The notes beneath the pieces are model-generated. The model did no database searches. It saw nothing but the letters and a program-made list of their open reading frames with translations, and was not told where the DNA came from. A program made the translations under genes and the position numbers. A DNA stretch of 63,656 nucleotides, the filler included, from Rhabdomonas costata (taxonomy: Eukaryota): assembly GCA_019059605.1 (NCBI GenBank). It is 40 parts of 40 records of this genome, joined end to end, with 100 filler letters (N's around TTAATTAATTAA, not from the genome) between each part and the next. Parts side by side here need not be neighbours in the genome. Positions count along the whole stretch, not along the records: positions 1 to 1,495 come from JAHMHO010014532.1; positions 1,596 to 3,090 come from JAHMHO010014533.1; positions 3,191 to 4,685 come from JAHMHO010014534.1; positions 4,786 to 6,279 come from JAHMHO010014535.1; positions 6,380 to 7,877 come from JAHMHO010014536.1; positions 7,978 to 9,472 come from JAHMHO010014537.1; positions 9,573 to 11,066 come from JAHMHO010014538.1; positions 11,167 to 12,661 come from JAHMHO010014539.1; 32 more parts are not named here. One strand, written 5' to 3'. How positions within the stretch are numbered: position 1 is the stretch's first letter; each line of letters starts with the position of its first letter. Positions 1 to 12,602 of this stretch are shown one piece after another.

Positions 1-1495
1 GTGGTGTGGTGATTAAGCACCGCGCAAGTGGCATTGACAGTTCGGTTAGCCTGGAGAAGACCACAATTCCCATCCACACGCCTGGGCAGTCCACGGAACA
101 TAGCCTTGGTAGTACATTCTCTCCGAGGGAGTGTAGCGCAGTCCCCACACTGAAGTCGTCGGGGCAGGCGCATAGTATCCCAAGCCCTAACAACGGAAGT
201 GATATTCACCCATGTGTAATGTGTAGTGAAGAGAACGAGACCGCTAAAAAAGACGGCAACCAAATCACAAGAAGATTGGATGGGCCAAAACGACGGCAGC
301 GACAAAAACCATGAAACCCCCCTGAAAAAATTGGAGAAACTGTGTCTGCATCGGTGTGTGTTCGGACAGCATCTGTCTCTTTCCTCTTTGACCCCCCACT
401 CCCCAACCCGTTTGGTTTGTCATGCGTCACACACTCTGGCCATTTCCATGATGTCTGAGTCGAAATAATGGAAAAAAAAATCAACACGATGACACCCGTC
501 CTACGTTCGTCCAAAGCACATTTCCGATATCGCTGTGTCTTCATTCATTGCAACTTCATTGCTTCATAGAAATTGCGCACACCCCAGGAACATTGGAGTT
601 ACCCATTCTGCGGAGTACCACGGATTCCCAAAAAAAGCCAAGCAAGGTACAATAAGAGACGATAAAAGAGCGCTTCTCTGCGCAATGCGTAAGATGGAGA
701 GGAGGCAAAAAAAAACCGACAGCCAATCCACCAACATAAAATTAGAACGCCGAAGGACCCGAATGAACACCACACGTCCTTCACATTTCTGTAGGTTGGC
801 TTGGATTTTAGGTAAAGGGAGTGCCCATGCAACCAATAAAGAGCTTAGTGAGAATCGGGGGCATCACTCTGAACAAAGCGCACCTCGTACACCCGAGAAG
901 GCCATGACACCAACAGCCCGTTTCAGCAGAGAGCGATACCCATCCACATAAAATTAGAGTCAAGGATTGTTCGACTTTTCCGTACGACAATGAGTCTGGA
1001 TATTAGCGACCATCTCTAAATGATTGTGCGCAAGCCTTTTCGGCTCGCTTGAAAGACTCGAATCATGACGAAGAGGGAAACACTTGCAGGCCTGCATCTC
1101 AAAATCTCGCCTTGTTTTGCGACATGGAAAAAGAATCTTGCTTCCGCTGATTGGACACCGAGTTTTCCGAGGATTTGGCTGCCCGTTAGGCGTACCAACA
1201 GACCAAGAGTTCGGGTGCCGTTTTGCTTAAAATCGATCGTTCACACGCGATTTTTTGTGGCGATATAAAAACAGCACCATTGTTTAACGAAATGCCCCAA
1301 GCAAAGCGGGGTGTGGGTCATCAAACCCAAAATCGGTCAGTATTCGCCCAGAGCAATCCCTTCATCACTTTCCAATGACTACAACATACCAAGACCACCG
1401 CTTTCACCACTGAATAACAGACACAAAGGAGCGCAGATGCCTGCGCGCAGTCACCGAAAAGAGCGCGTGGGGCACTCCCAAAAAAAAGGAAACGA

Positions 1496-1595
1496 NNNNN
1501 NNNNNNNNNNNNNNNNNNNNNNNNNNNNNNNNNNNNNNNTTAATTAATTAANNNNNNNNNNNNNNNNNNNNNNNNNNNNNNNNNNNNNNNNNNNN
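1496..1595. other. Artificial contig spacer (first of 39): N44-TTAATTAATTAA-N44
   Basis: An identical 100-nt spacer with stops in all six frames recurs about every 1594 nt. Contigs are all about 1491-1498 nt, consistent with a length-sorted concatenation. Confidence 0.99.
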
Positions 1596-1832
1596 GGTTG
1601 TGTTGGTTGTCTGTACATCTTTCACTCCCCATTTGCCAGCCATCTTTTCCCTCTGATTCTTGACACTCACGCAAAATGCATTGTTCATACGCCTCTTCAC
1701 CCCGACATCACCTTGCCACCTCTCCCGCTCTTAGCTCCCCATGTGGTACCAGTCTCCCTCTCCTCTCTCTCTCACCCAGGTCTGCCGTACTTTTTTTGTG
1801 GGACATTATTCACCACACACTTGTACCCCTAG

Positions 1833-2901
1833 GTTGCTGTGGTCTCTGCGCTGATGACGTTCCCCTTTGAGCCCTTTCTCCGTGAAACCCACACTGAGGC
1901 CATCAACCACCTGTTCCACTCCCAGTGCCCCGCAGGTCCAGTGCACACCCAACACCTGCTCATCGCACCTCACGAGCATTTCCTATCCAATCCCACTCTT
2001 TTAGCTATGGCTTGTTGCACGGAAATATCCCGCGCATTCGGTTTAGTGCTGGTTTGATGCCTGTTCTCCCCATTCGTCGCCATTTCTAACCCCGCCTCTG
2101 CAACGGTACTAAGTTTCCAGATGCTCTTTAAACACCTGCGAAGTCTTTGATCGGATACCAAGAGGGCACTTGCATCTGGGAAGGGGTTCACATAACACTG
2201 GGGAGGAGAGAGTCGCCAATCCTTGCTGTTTTTATCAATATTTTCGACTCCAGTAATTATCAATAGCAATCCAGTGGTCAAAAGAACCTGTCTTGTGGCA
2301 TTATTCCATGGCATAAAATCGACCACTGTCTGTGTTTTTTATCCTGTGTGGTAGAGTGCTCCGTACGGCGGTGTACGGACTCTCTGCCGGAGGGGTGGTA
2401 CCGCCCCAGCCTGGTGGCCAACCTGGCAGTGTTTGTGGGGGTGCGGTTCTGCCTCACCGTGGCCTGCCTGGTGCTGCCGCTGCCCTGCGGGCTGTTCACC
2501 CCGGTGTTCGTGCTGGGTGCAGGTGTGGGGCGGCTGGTGGGGGAGGCCATTGGAGCGGCCTACCCAGAGCTGGACATCACCCAGGGGGGCTACGCCGTCG
2601 TCGGTGTGTCTGGGGATTTCCGGTGTTGGGCGGAGGTGGCAGGCGATTGAGTTTTTCTGTGGGGCTGTCGATGTTTATCGTTTCTTGTTGCGGATGACCA
2701 GCGCTGCAAACTTTTTTGGCGTTTGTGGAGAAGTGGAGATTCCGTTCTATTTCCTTAGGCGCTGCGGCCCTGGCCAGCGGGGTGACACGCACCCTCTCGA
2801 CGGCGGTGATCGTGTTTGAGCTGACCGGGCAGCTGCAGCACATGCTTCCCGTGCTGCTGGGAGTGGTGATCAGCACAGCCATTGGGAACATGTTTAACAA
2901 G
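1833..2901 (+). CDS. CLC-family chloride channel/antiporter, internal fragment (exons 1833-1935, 2355-2603, 2759-2901)
   Basis: Phase-consistent GT-AG splicing gives [24 protein letters not shown]...[38 protein letters not shown], the CLC GxFxP and VIVFELTG motifs. Confidence 0.95.
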
Positions 2902-5001
2902 GTCCCACTCTGCGCCAGCTCATCCCCCTGTGGTCTTCACCCGCGGCACGCATCACTGTGCCGGCTTTCGCTTTGATTTTGGGCGGAAGCTGCAGAATCC
3001 CGTCATTCTTTGGGGTTTACAAATGAGGTAAACAGGCGGCCCCTGCACACTCACAGGCTTTTTAATTACCCCCACATCCTAATGTTGCTTNNNNNNNNNN
3101 NNNNNNNNNNNNNNNNNNNNNNNNNNNNNNNNNNTTAATTAATTAANNNNNNNNNNNNNNNNNNNNNNNNNNNNNNNNNNNNNNNNNNNNGGGGGTTTTG
3201 CACAAGACGGGGAAGAAGCGGGAAGGGAAAGCTGAAAAATACCAGAGAGAAGGTCACACGGGGGCAGCCCACTGCAGGGCGACAGTGGCCTCCGGGGTGG
3301 GCCCAGCGAATCCATACCATGGCTTGCCTGTGAAAAACCAATCATGGCAAACCAGTCAGCTAATGGCACACTTGGCCCGCGTACCCAGCTACCCAGACTC
3401 CAAAAGTCGCACAAAGGTGCAAAAATGACCCTAAAGCGACCAAAGCTCTTTCCTCAGGTGTTACGTGAGTCCGGTCGAAAACTTAGGCTCAGTGCAGGGC
3501 CCTGCAAGGCCCAAAAGATGCAAAGGATGTATTGCATCCCGTAGTGATGGAAAAAGAAATCGCAAACCTCATTACGGTGGAACGCACGGCACGGAATGCA
3601 CTCAACCTTAGGGTCTTCTGAGGACTCTGCTCGGATTTTATCGTGTCGCTGGTCCAGTGGAGTTGAGGCAGTCGTCGGGTGATTTATGAAGCGAGCGGGG
3701 AGGGAGGGATGCTGTGCACGAGCATACGCTGCTTTTTTTTGCACGAGCATACACTGCTACATTTCCATTTTCGCCTTGGCCTGTTGAGAATACACTACCA
3801 TGAGGGCACATTACCGTTTTAAAACGACATATCTTTGGCGTGCTTTTCCCCTGAAAACGTTTGCCTTACTTTGGGAGTTTAAAGAATGGCGCTTCTTGGG
3901 GCAGCTCTGCCTTGTGCGTTTCGGTTTTCCCCAACAGATTCCCCATCAAGGTATATTTTCCCCTAAACACTTCCTTTCGCCTTTCCTCTCCACACCCAAA
4001 GACGATGCTGAGGCGCACAATGGCTAGGGCCCTTCTGCGATTCGGGGGTTAGAGGGTGCTGCAGATGTCCTGTGGGATTCCAATAAAAGCTTTCGCCGTG
4101 TGTTAATTTGCGGTGTACATTCCCCCCTGGGATTCGAATACGAGGGGCTTCTGTACCGGCCCCCTCGGGAGGGAACCCCCACCCAGCTGGCGCCCCTCCT
4201 TCCGCCTGACCTGCTCCAGTCCCAGTGCTGTGCAACACCCCAGTGTTATCTACTACAGGTACTCCATTACCGCATTCGTGGAGGGTATGGCAATGACCAC
4301 TACCTTAAGAAGACCTACAGCACACTTGCGTATAGAGCCCTTGATACAGAGGACGTATCTAGCAAAGCTTGCACAGCCCCACACCCGCATCATTGCACAC
4401 CCCGCCCGCGCTTGTGGGGTGGTCCCACCCAAAGCTAGGCAACGGGGCCCAGAGGGGTTCCGAGTATAGGGGTACCCTGGAACACTGTGCAGCCGGACTA
4501 TGGGACTGGTCCATAGGGCCTACGACATTCACAGACCCGGCGAGAGCATAGGGAAAGGCACATACACATACACATAGAGACAGAGAGAGACATGACGTAC
4601 CGGACGCGGAAACCGACGCCCGGGAGTGATAACTATATCCGCCCCACCACAGCTCACCACAGGGCTGCTGCTTCCCCCACCAAAANNNNNNNNNNNNNNN
4701 NNNNNNNNNNNNNNNNNNNNNNNNNNNNNTTAATTAATTAANNNNNNNNNNNNNNNNNNNNNNNNNNNNNNNNNNNNNNNNNNNNGCGGACTCCTGGTCT
4801 GGTGGGGGGGGGGACAAAGTGGAAGCTCCTGAGGTGGAGCCAGGTGGATACTGATGCCGCTGCTCCATTTGCTTGATTGGACGATAATAGGGTAATTCAT
4901 CTCGCGCTGAAGTGCAGATACCTAGCAATATACCAGAATTGTTTTTTATCGGTTTCCAGGTTTCCACATCAGGACACTCACTGCACACTGTCGTATCACA
5001 G

Positions 5002-6191
5002 GGGTGGTGCAAGTTCTATGAGTTCAGCCAAGCTGACCTGCGAAGTGCCTGCGATATCGTTGTGGCGCAGTGCCGGGCCCAGGGTGGGCTTCCGGACTGG
5101 CCCACTGTGTACGGGTTGTTCGAGAACGCTATTTATGGCGGAAGAATGGACAACGATGCCGATATCCGCATTCTCAAGACCTATCTCCTTGCGTACGTGC
5201 CTCCCTTCCTTCTCGACTGTGGTTCCCGTGGCAATGCGATTGGAGGTTCTATAGGATTCAAAAGCCTCCATCGTTTTGAGTGTTCCCACCGAGAAGGGAA
5301 GCGAACGAGAGTTTCATTCCTGTCGCCGAGTTCCCTTTACATAATGGCATAATGGCGCTCAGGCAACCCCTGTTTTTGGCTGAAGCTGTTGAAGGCCGCG
5401 GTTGAAACCCTTGTTTCCGTATGTCCAGAAAGAACAAGGGAGTGTTTCTGTCGAGAGATATTTCTGTCCGTTTGGGGTCTACTAACGTCCTGTTTCCTTG
5501 CATTGCTGCACTACTTTCGCAGCTATTTCAACAACGAGATGCTTGGAGTGGACCCAAAGAACCCCAAAGCCCAGAGCCCTGCTGCGAAGCGCACCGCGCA
5601 GCTCTTCAAGGGGGTGCTGATCCCCACGACCAATGCCCACACGGAGTACATGCAGGTGCGCAGCGTGCGAAAATGCCTTTTCAAATCCTATTTCCTATGT
5701 TACAAACCGGCCGATGGAGAGCCTCCCTTATCTCTCGTTCTTTGAGGAATTTGATTTTATGTCCATTATGTGCACCGATAAGCGTTGCGAGAGTCCTTCT
5801 CGGTAATTTGTCCGGATTCCGACGACTCCCATGTGAACAGAAGTGGTTTTGGAAGTATGAAATTGGTCCCTCGAGTCCCTCGAGAGAGAAAGCAGAAGGT
5901 GATCGGTGTCGGCGACATGTGAGTTTTCAGGATGTTGCGTCGTGGCCAAGCGCTTCTGAGGTTGGCTGCTACTAGCTAGCGCTGTCTATTAGTGCGTGTT
6001 CGTGATTTTAGGTGATCGCGAAGCTTCCCGAGGCGGACGCCCCGCAGCACTTTAGCCTCCCCGCCAACGCGGACCGTCTGGTGCAGCGCAACATCGCCGC
6101 CAAGCTGGTGCAGACCCTGGGCCGCCTGCGTGCGGCCCACGGCACGACTGCCGTGTTCAACCGTGAGCAATGGGCCAAGCAGCTGCAGCCG
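5002..6191 (+). CDS. DYNC2H1: Cytoplasmic dynein 2 (IFT dynein) heavy chain, AAA6/C-terminal fragment (exons 5002-5192, 5523-5655, 6012-6191)
   Basis: GWCKFYEFSQADLR...VYGLFENAIYGGRMDNDADIRILKTYL...FSLPAN...FNREQWAKQLQP matches the dynein-2-specific GWxKFYEFS and ENAIYGGR signatures. GT-AG phases agree. Confidence 0.9.
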
Positions 6192-6474
6192 GTACCCCAA
6201 GAATCCCCCCCCCTTTACTCCCATGAAAAAACCGCGTGCTTCCCCGGCGAAAAACATATCCGTCAGGTCCCCACACCCCNNNNNNNNNNNNNNNNNNNNN
6301 NNNNNNNNNNNNNNNNNNNNNNNTTAATTAATTAANNNNNNNNNNNNNNNNNNNNNNNNNNNNNNNNNNNNNNNNNNNNTGTTTCGTTTTCGTTCAAAAG
6401 TTCAAGCATGCGATCCGACGGGAAAAATGTTGGCCGGGATGCGTTGATGTGAGTTGGATGGGAATGCCCTTTAG

Positions 6475-7421
6475 GTGGTACACCAACTACTGCGGCAGTG
6501 AGTACACGAAGTACATCTCCCCCTCGGACAGGCCCCGAAAGCTCTACAACGACTTCATCAAGGCCTACAGCATAAGTACGTTTCTACCACCCTCCACGGG
6601 ACTCCTCTTTCTCTCTTCTTCGTTGTCTCATTTTACCTTTACACCGGACCGAAAATCTATGCGTATAAACACTTCACAAGATTGTGGTGATAAGCGTCTG
6701 CTTGGAGACAGTGCACCCGGGGTGACTTGACAGAGTGGTGGTGAAGGTTATTATAGTGTGTGTGTGTGTGTGTGTGTGTGTGAGTTCGCTTGGAGTCTGG
6801 GATTTGCTTTGCCATTTCCATACATGGGCCGTGAGTAGATCTTTAAACGTGCCAGTGGGAGTTTCGGGTCCACTTGTTCGGGAGTCACGTGGGGAATGCC
6901 AACTCTGCGTGACAAGAGAAGAGAGGGACAAGGTGCCCACTGAGGGGAAGCTGACCTCACGTCCTCCCCAGAAAAAATCACCCTTGTTGAGTGCTTAAAG
7001 TGCCTGTGTGTGAGAATTCCAGAAACGGACCAACCCCCCCCCCAAAAAAAAACTTTGAGTTGTATCGTCTTCCTCTTATAACGATCAGTGGTAGGGCTGT
7101 GCTAAGCCCCTGCCCTTCGCAAACGAAAAAGTATCAGAATATTGACGGACCAGCGCCAAAAAATCCTCCATGTGTGTCCATTTTCCTAATTCCGACTGTC
7201 CAATTTTGGGTGCTAACTTCTCACCACACTTCGCAGACATGGCGATGTTCTCCCCTGCGGACTACATGAAGTACAACAGTACCAATGAGCTGTTCACGCG
7301 GAAGCTCAACCTGAGCATCCCGTGGCGCCCGATTGACTACGACGCCGGGAACTTCGTGTCGCCCTGCGACTGCCGCGTTCTTGCGTACCCCAACTTGCCC
7401 ACAGCGAAGATCTGGATCAAG
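6475..7421 (+). CDS. Phosphatidylserine decarboxylase (PSD2-type) fragment (exons 6475-6575, 7237-7421)
   Basis: FIKAYSI|NMAMF...YNSTNELFTRKL...RPID...VSPCDCRV...WIK resembles the PSD motifs FNEFFxRKL, RPI, SPADxR and WIKG. Confidence 0.85.
6756..6782. repeat. (GT)n microsatellite in PSD intron
   Basis: Direct read of about 13 GT units. Confidence 0.9.
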
Positions 7422-7977
7422 GTTTGTAGTGCGTACGCCTTGATCTTTCTACCAAAGAAGTTTTGCAAAAAAAATTTGGAAAAGAAATTTATTTTATAAA
7501 GAAGCTGACCTGGCTCCAACTTTTGGATGACTGAGCTCCGACTTTTGATTGTGGCATTGCTTTCGAATTACTCACCGGTTGCATTGGATCTTGCTCCTGG
7601 CCTCTGGCTGCAAGCTCCTTCGCGGGCGAGAGTACTGCGGTAACTACAGGATCCAGCCAGGTTGGCTACCGGGCAGCAGTTTGCAGAATTCAGTTTTATC
7701 TGTTTTCATTGATTTGGTCTCCCCAGCTGCACCCTTTTGTGCTTGTCATTTTGTGTCATGTAAGATGTTATTAGTTCTTGAAATGTGTCGCGAGCATTGA
7801 TGTACATTAAGGTACCGCATTGGTGTACATTAAATTACTATTTTCACTTATAAAAGTTCTTTACAAAACATGCCAGCNNNNNNNNNNNNNNNNNNNNNNN
7901 NNNNNNNNNNNNNNNNNNNNNTTAATTAATTAANNNNNNNNNNNNNNNNNNNNNNNNNNNNNNNNNNNNNNNNNNNN

Positions 7978-8597
7978 TTTGTGGGGTCCTGCTGAGGTTG
8001 CTGGGAAGATCCAGGCCCACCCGTAGGTCTTCCTCCGTACCTGGCCGTAGGGTTCACGGCCTGAGGGGGCGCGCCAGAGCGGACCGCTGGGCCCCTTGAC
8101 GAAACCTCTCGCCTGGCACCGTACTCTCGGCCAGCCTGCTGCGGAGTGGGCCTAGCCATTCCTGGGCCAGACGTGATATGCAGATTTGGAAAAGAGGACC
8201 GGTCCTGCGTGGCACGAATCAGCATCTCGGAAGGGTTCCTGCTGGAATCCGCAGTGGCCACCCTCTCCAACAGGGCGGCGGGGAACTTCGGGGCGTCTGC
8301 CGAGCTGACCTGCTGCTGCTGCTCAGGATACCCATATGATCCCAGGGTGGGCTGAGATAAACTCGCAGCGGTGCTCGCAGCGGAACCTCCAGCATGACCA
8401 TAATAAGGGTAACCTGCAGAGGTGCCTGCACCCCTAGCCAAAGGAGGAGAAGCTGCGGCCTGCGCAGATTGCGGCTGTTGAGCAGCTGCACCGCGATTCG
8501 CCAGCGCCCACTGTGCATAATACTGCGCATAAAGCTGCTGCTGTTGCTGCGTCATCTGAGCCTGCGACTGTTGTTGCGACTGTTGTTGCGACTGTTG

Positions 8598-8633
<36 letters not shown>

Positions 8634-9242
8634 TGGTGGTGGTGGTGGTGGTGGTGGTTGCGGAGTTGAGTGGCTCGAGGAATAGACTTGGGGGTGGCCG
8701 TAAACGGAGGGAAGCTGAGGGTGCTGAGCCGCCACAGCTGCAGGTGTGCTGGAAGTCGGCAAAGGAGTGGCGAACCTGAAAAAATGAAGTGGTGTTGGGT
8801 GTCGTGGCTCGTCAGTCCAAAAAACCAATTCGAACGAACGCCAACTGGCAACATGCCCGTATTGCTTGTTTGTTGTGTACTGGGAAGCCGGCTGCTGGGG
8901 CAGGGCGCTGCGCAAAGCACCGGCCTGCTGGGCGGCACCTTGAACACTTCCGAAGGACAGCTGAGAGCCAGAAACCTGTGCAAACCAGCATAAGAAGTAG
9001 AAAGAGAAGTTTGCACGTACGAAGGCGGAGGAAAGGGAGGGAAGGCGAGAGAGAGAGAGAGAAAAAACGTGCCACGCTCACCTGTGCATACGGCTGGGCT
9101 TGGGCAGAGTTGGAATACGTTTGCGTGAAAGGTGCTGGAGACTGTTGTTGAGAAGCGTACAGCAACTGCTGAGAATAATTTGCAGACGGGAGATGAGGCG
9201 TCGCCCCCGCTGAAGAGAGACTTGCCCCTGGAGAACTGTAAA

Positions 9243-9273
<31 letters not shown>

Positions 9274-9460
9274 AAGGGCTTGACGGAGATGCAATGGATT
9301 TGCGTTGCCTGCTGCATTTCGGGCGCCGTTGCCAACCAAGGCAGTTAAGCCCGGTGTTTCGGCCGAGGGACGTGCAACCCCAGGAACAAAGGCAGCGGCC
9401 GAGCCGGCGTTAGCGGGGGAGGCACCGTAACCCACGCCGGCGTAACCGGTCTCGACGGAG
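7978..9460 (-). CDS. Q/P/A/S/Y-rich low-complexity (prion-like/IDR) protein fragment (exons ~9460-9082, 8975-~8857, 8775-7978)
   Basis: Open frames carry polyQ and polyP tracts (PPPPPPPPQQQQ..., QQQQLYAQYYAQW). There is a clear gtgagc donor and tttgcacag / ttttcag acceptors. No family recognised. Confidence 0.7.
8535..8660. repeat. Compound coding trinucleotide repeats (CAG/CAA/CCA on - strand)
   Basis: Runs of tgc, tgt and tgg on +, plus a 12-nt unit (gcgactgttgtt) encoding QQQS. Confidence 0.9.
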
Positions 9461-9917
9461 CTACAAAAACAANNNNNNNNNNNNNNNNNNNNNNNNNNNN
9501 NNNNNNNNNNNNNNNNTTAATTAATTAANNNNNNNNNNNNNNNNNNNNNNNNNNNNNNNNNNNNNNNNNNNNAGAAAAGTCGAAGACAGGGAGGACGTTG
9601 GGATCCGTTTTCACTTCAGTTACCCGCAAAATTTCGCCCGGATAATCGCTAAGAAAGAAGAGCGCGCGAAGTAATGGTCCCTTGAAGTGAAAAAAATTTT
9701 TGCTCTGGCGACTGCTTCACAGGATGGGTGTTCGCGTTCCAAGGAATTTGCCCTCCCCCCCTCGGCACTGAAGAGGAGGGTCAATATTGTGCCTGTAGTT
9801 GCCTGTAACTTCTAGGACGGAGAGGCAGCTTGTTTCGTGGGAGGGTGGGTTCGGTGAGGGGTTCTCGGGCCTTCCTTTGGTCTGCCCGATGGGCCGATAT
9901 CAGGCGTCTGCCTCCAT

Positions 9918-10133
9918 ATGCCCTCCATCTTTTTTTATGCCCTTTTGCTCTTGTGCACCTGTGCACTCTCTGCCGTTTCCCTGTACGTGTCCCTGCTGCG
10001 TGTGACGTATCGTCCAATGTGCCCGCGGTTGCCCTTCGGTCTGGATGCTTTCCCCCCCACGCTCCCAAATGTGTCTTCGCGTTTTGATTGTGATAACCGG
10101 CTGGAGGTGTACCACCGCGTCCCGCTGTGGGAG
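9918..10133 (+). CDS. Possible first exon of a signal-anchor/secreted protein
   Basis: MPSIFFYALLLLCTCALSAVSLYVSLL is a hydrophobic N-terminus, and the frame ends at gag|gtgagg. No homology recognised. Confidence 0.3.
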
Positions 10134-11338
10134 GTGAGGTCTTTTTTCTGGAAAGGAGGGGAGCTTGTGCGCAACTGCTCGTTTGCGAAATTCAGGGCTC
10201 TTGAATTATTTGACCGCACAGTGATCCCACCACACGATTCATTTGAAAGGTTAGCATGCAGTCACACCACGGGCCAAGGCTCGACAACCCCCCCCTGCTG
10301 CTTGCGTTTCAGGATGAGCACGCCCTCCCCCAAAGAAATTTCATCTTTCCACAGTGCTAATTGTTCGCGAAGAGTGGCGGTCGCTCGTCTGCAGCGCTGC
10401 GGCATAAAGTGGTGGGTAAGCAGTGGCTTTTTTTTGAACTCAGGACGTGCTCCTTCCCCCCTGCTGCCCCGTTTCCCCTGTCGGAGTGTGTTGGTTTGTG
10501 CAATTTGCCATTTGCGATTCTTCGGGTCCCTCTTCCCGCTCAGTCCTCTTCCCCCACAAGCCCTGTAATTACCCGCTTTCTTGCAATCGACCTTGCTCTA
10601 TTTATCGCTATTTGTCTCAGGTTAAAACCTAATGTAGGACTCTGGACTCAGGCAGCGGTGTTGTTGCTGCAGGACTCAGGACTGGGATTAGCCTGAGTGC
10701 CATAAGTTTTCCGGAATAGGAGTGCTTGACTGTATTGTAGCCCACGTGGCTCTAGGCCTCGCTCGCAGTCGAATCTAACCCTCATTCACCGGGCACAATT
10801 CCGGTTCCCTGGCACCTGGCAGAATAAAGTGTCAAGGGCACATCGGATGGCTGAAAGCACCACTTATTCTCCAGAAAGCATCGGGTGATGTATAAGTCAC
10901 AAGCAATTAATTTCAGGGCGGATGCACCTCTTCTCATCCTCCTCCACCCCATCCCGCCACTATCCCCGAACCCTCTTTGGAGTTCCCCTTTGTCTCCTAT
11001 GCCCCGCTGGTGCCTCACCACACTGCTCGCCGGAGGTCTTCCCCCCCCCAACCCAAACACACCCACNNNNNNNNNNNNNNNNNNNNNNNNNNNNNNNNNN
11101 NNNNNNNNNNTTAATTAATTAANNNNNNNNNNNNNNNNNNNNNNNNNNNNNNNNNNNNNNNNNNNNAAAAAACGGTTGTGGTGGGGAAAGGAGGAGGGAG
11201 TAAAAGACTCGAAGAGTGAGAAAAAATTGAACTGTCATTAACACCATATACACTGTACAACTTGATGCAGCGGCTGCAGGTTTTGCGAGGAAAGCAGACA
11301 AAGGTGAGGGTGAACTGCAGTTGGTGAGGAGGCAGACT

Positions 11339-12602
11339 TCAGCGGGCGCGGGGGCGAGCCCGCTGCGCGGCCCGAGCGGGAACGTGTGGCGGGAACGTTG
11401 TCTGGAGGGAGTGGTTATGCGCCCCCCAAAAGCGACACAAGAAAGGGGTTTTCTGGGGCCGAGCCCCACCAACACAGTTTTCAACCCTATCGTTTAACAC
11501 TGTAACCATTGAACTCCAACCACCACCACCCCCTTCTTTGCCACATGACACCTGGAGAAGGAGGTCTCCGTATGTCTTGCCTGGATCAACAAAATCCTGG
11601 AACAAGCAAGAAGTAGAAGCGCGAAACAGGCACCAAAAACGCTCATGACTTCCTACAAGTTTAAACCCACTTAATCTCAGTGACAATACACGCCCAAATT
11701 TGTACACAAATATATACGTGCAATTTGGAAACAATCAAGCCTAAGGGCCAAATCGCACAAATCTGCATAAACCAATTTTGCAGACAATGTGCATCTGCCA
11801 GAATTGCTGTGCTGCAGCAGTGCTCTTTTCACAAAAAAGATGTTGAGCGTGTCGGTTGGGGGGGGGGGGCAAAGCCATACCATATGCAGCATCAAATTCT
11901 GATGACGCCCGGGGTTCACCCCGCCTAGAGTTGCAAATCCTCTTCTGGCCTGAAAGGACATAGAGACGTTAGCAAGGGTCGTGAAGAGGATTTAAAAGAA
12001 GGGCTTGTTTTCGCCATTATTACCACAGCGGTATGCCCGGAGTGCCAACAGAGGGCCATACCATCACGGGGTGGTAGACGACAAGCTGAGCTTCGCCCTT
12101 CTGGGGGGGCCCACTTCATCCTTTGCGGAGCTGCCAGACTCTCACAGCCCAGCTCCCCCCATGCCCTCAGGCAGTTCGCCCTGCCCGTTACAGCGGGATC
12201 CCAACGCGCGGTGGGCGGGGAGTAAACGTTTCCTTGGAGAGTGTTCTTCGCTGTGGCTGACCTTGCGTGAACCCGGACAAAGAGACCGTCTTCGGTCCTC
12301 CCCTTCTCAAAAGCTGGCTGGCAGGAGGCTCGTGCTTTGCGGCTCGTACCCCCACAACCCCTACCTCTCCCTATGTAAACCTGGGGTACTATCGCCCCAA
12401 CCTCAGCACTGGCGAAAACAAATGAAAAAATAGAGCGACCCGGAGGGAGACGCCACCCCAATGATGGCCATTTTGAGGGAAAAAAAAAGAGGGATCAAAC
12501 CAGATGGTTTTTGAACAACAAACCAAACAAGCAATGCCGAGCCCCTTTCGGCGTGGGTGGTTCGTTGTAAAGTACGTTGTGGGTGCTGTCGTAAACCCTC
12601 CG
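11339..12602 (-). CDS. Unknown protein, 3' part with five small exons (12602-12538, 12261-12192, 11949-11920, 11596-11552, 11401-11339)
   Basis: All junctions are phase-consistent: RRVYDSTHNVLYNEPPTPKGARSATAKNTLQGNVYSPPTARWDPAARRGFATLGGDFVDPGKTYGDLLLQTTFPPHVPARAAQRARPRAR*. The model rests on splice signals only. Confidence 0.4.

Noticed and set aside
45..185. - strand peptide ending GWELWSS (ELWxxDGT-like)
   Set aside because: A single imperfect motif followed by a stop, and the other two - strand frames are also open.
1936..2354. Possible nonconventional intron in the CLC gene
   Set aside because: A GT-AG solution (g|gtccag ... ggtag|ag) restores the frame.
4100..4469. AVYIPP-containing frames resembling a LINE endonuclease
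   Set aside because: No GDFN, DY or SDH motifs follow.
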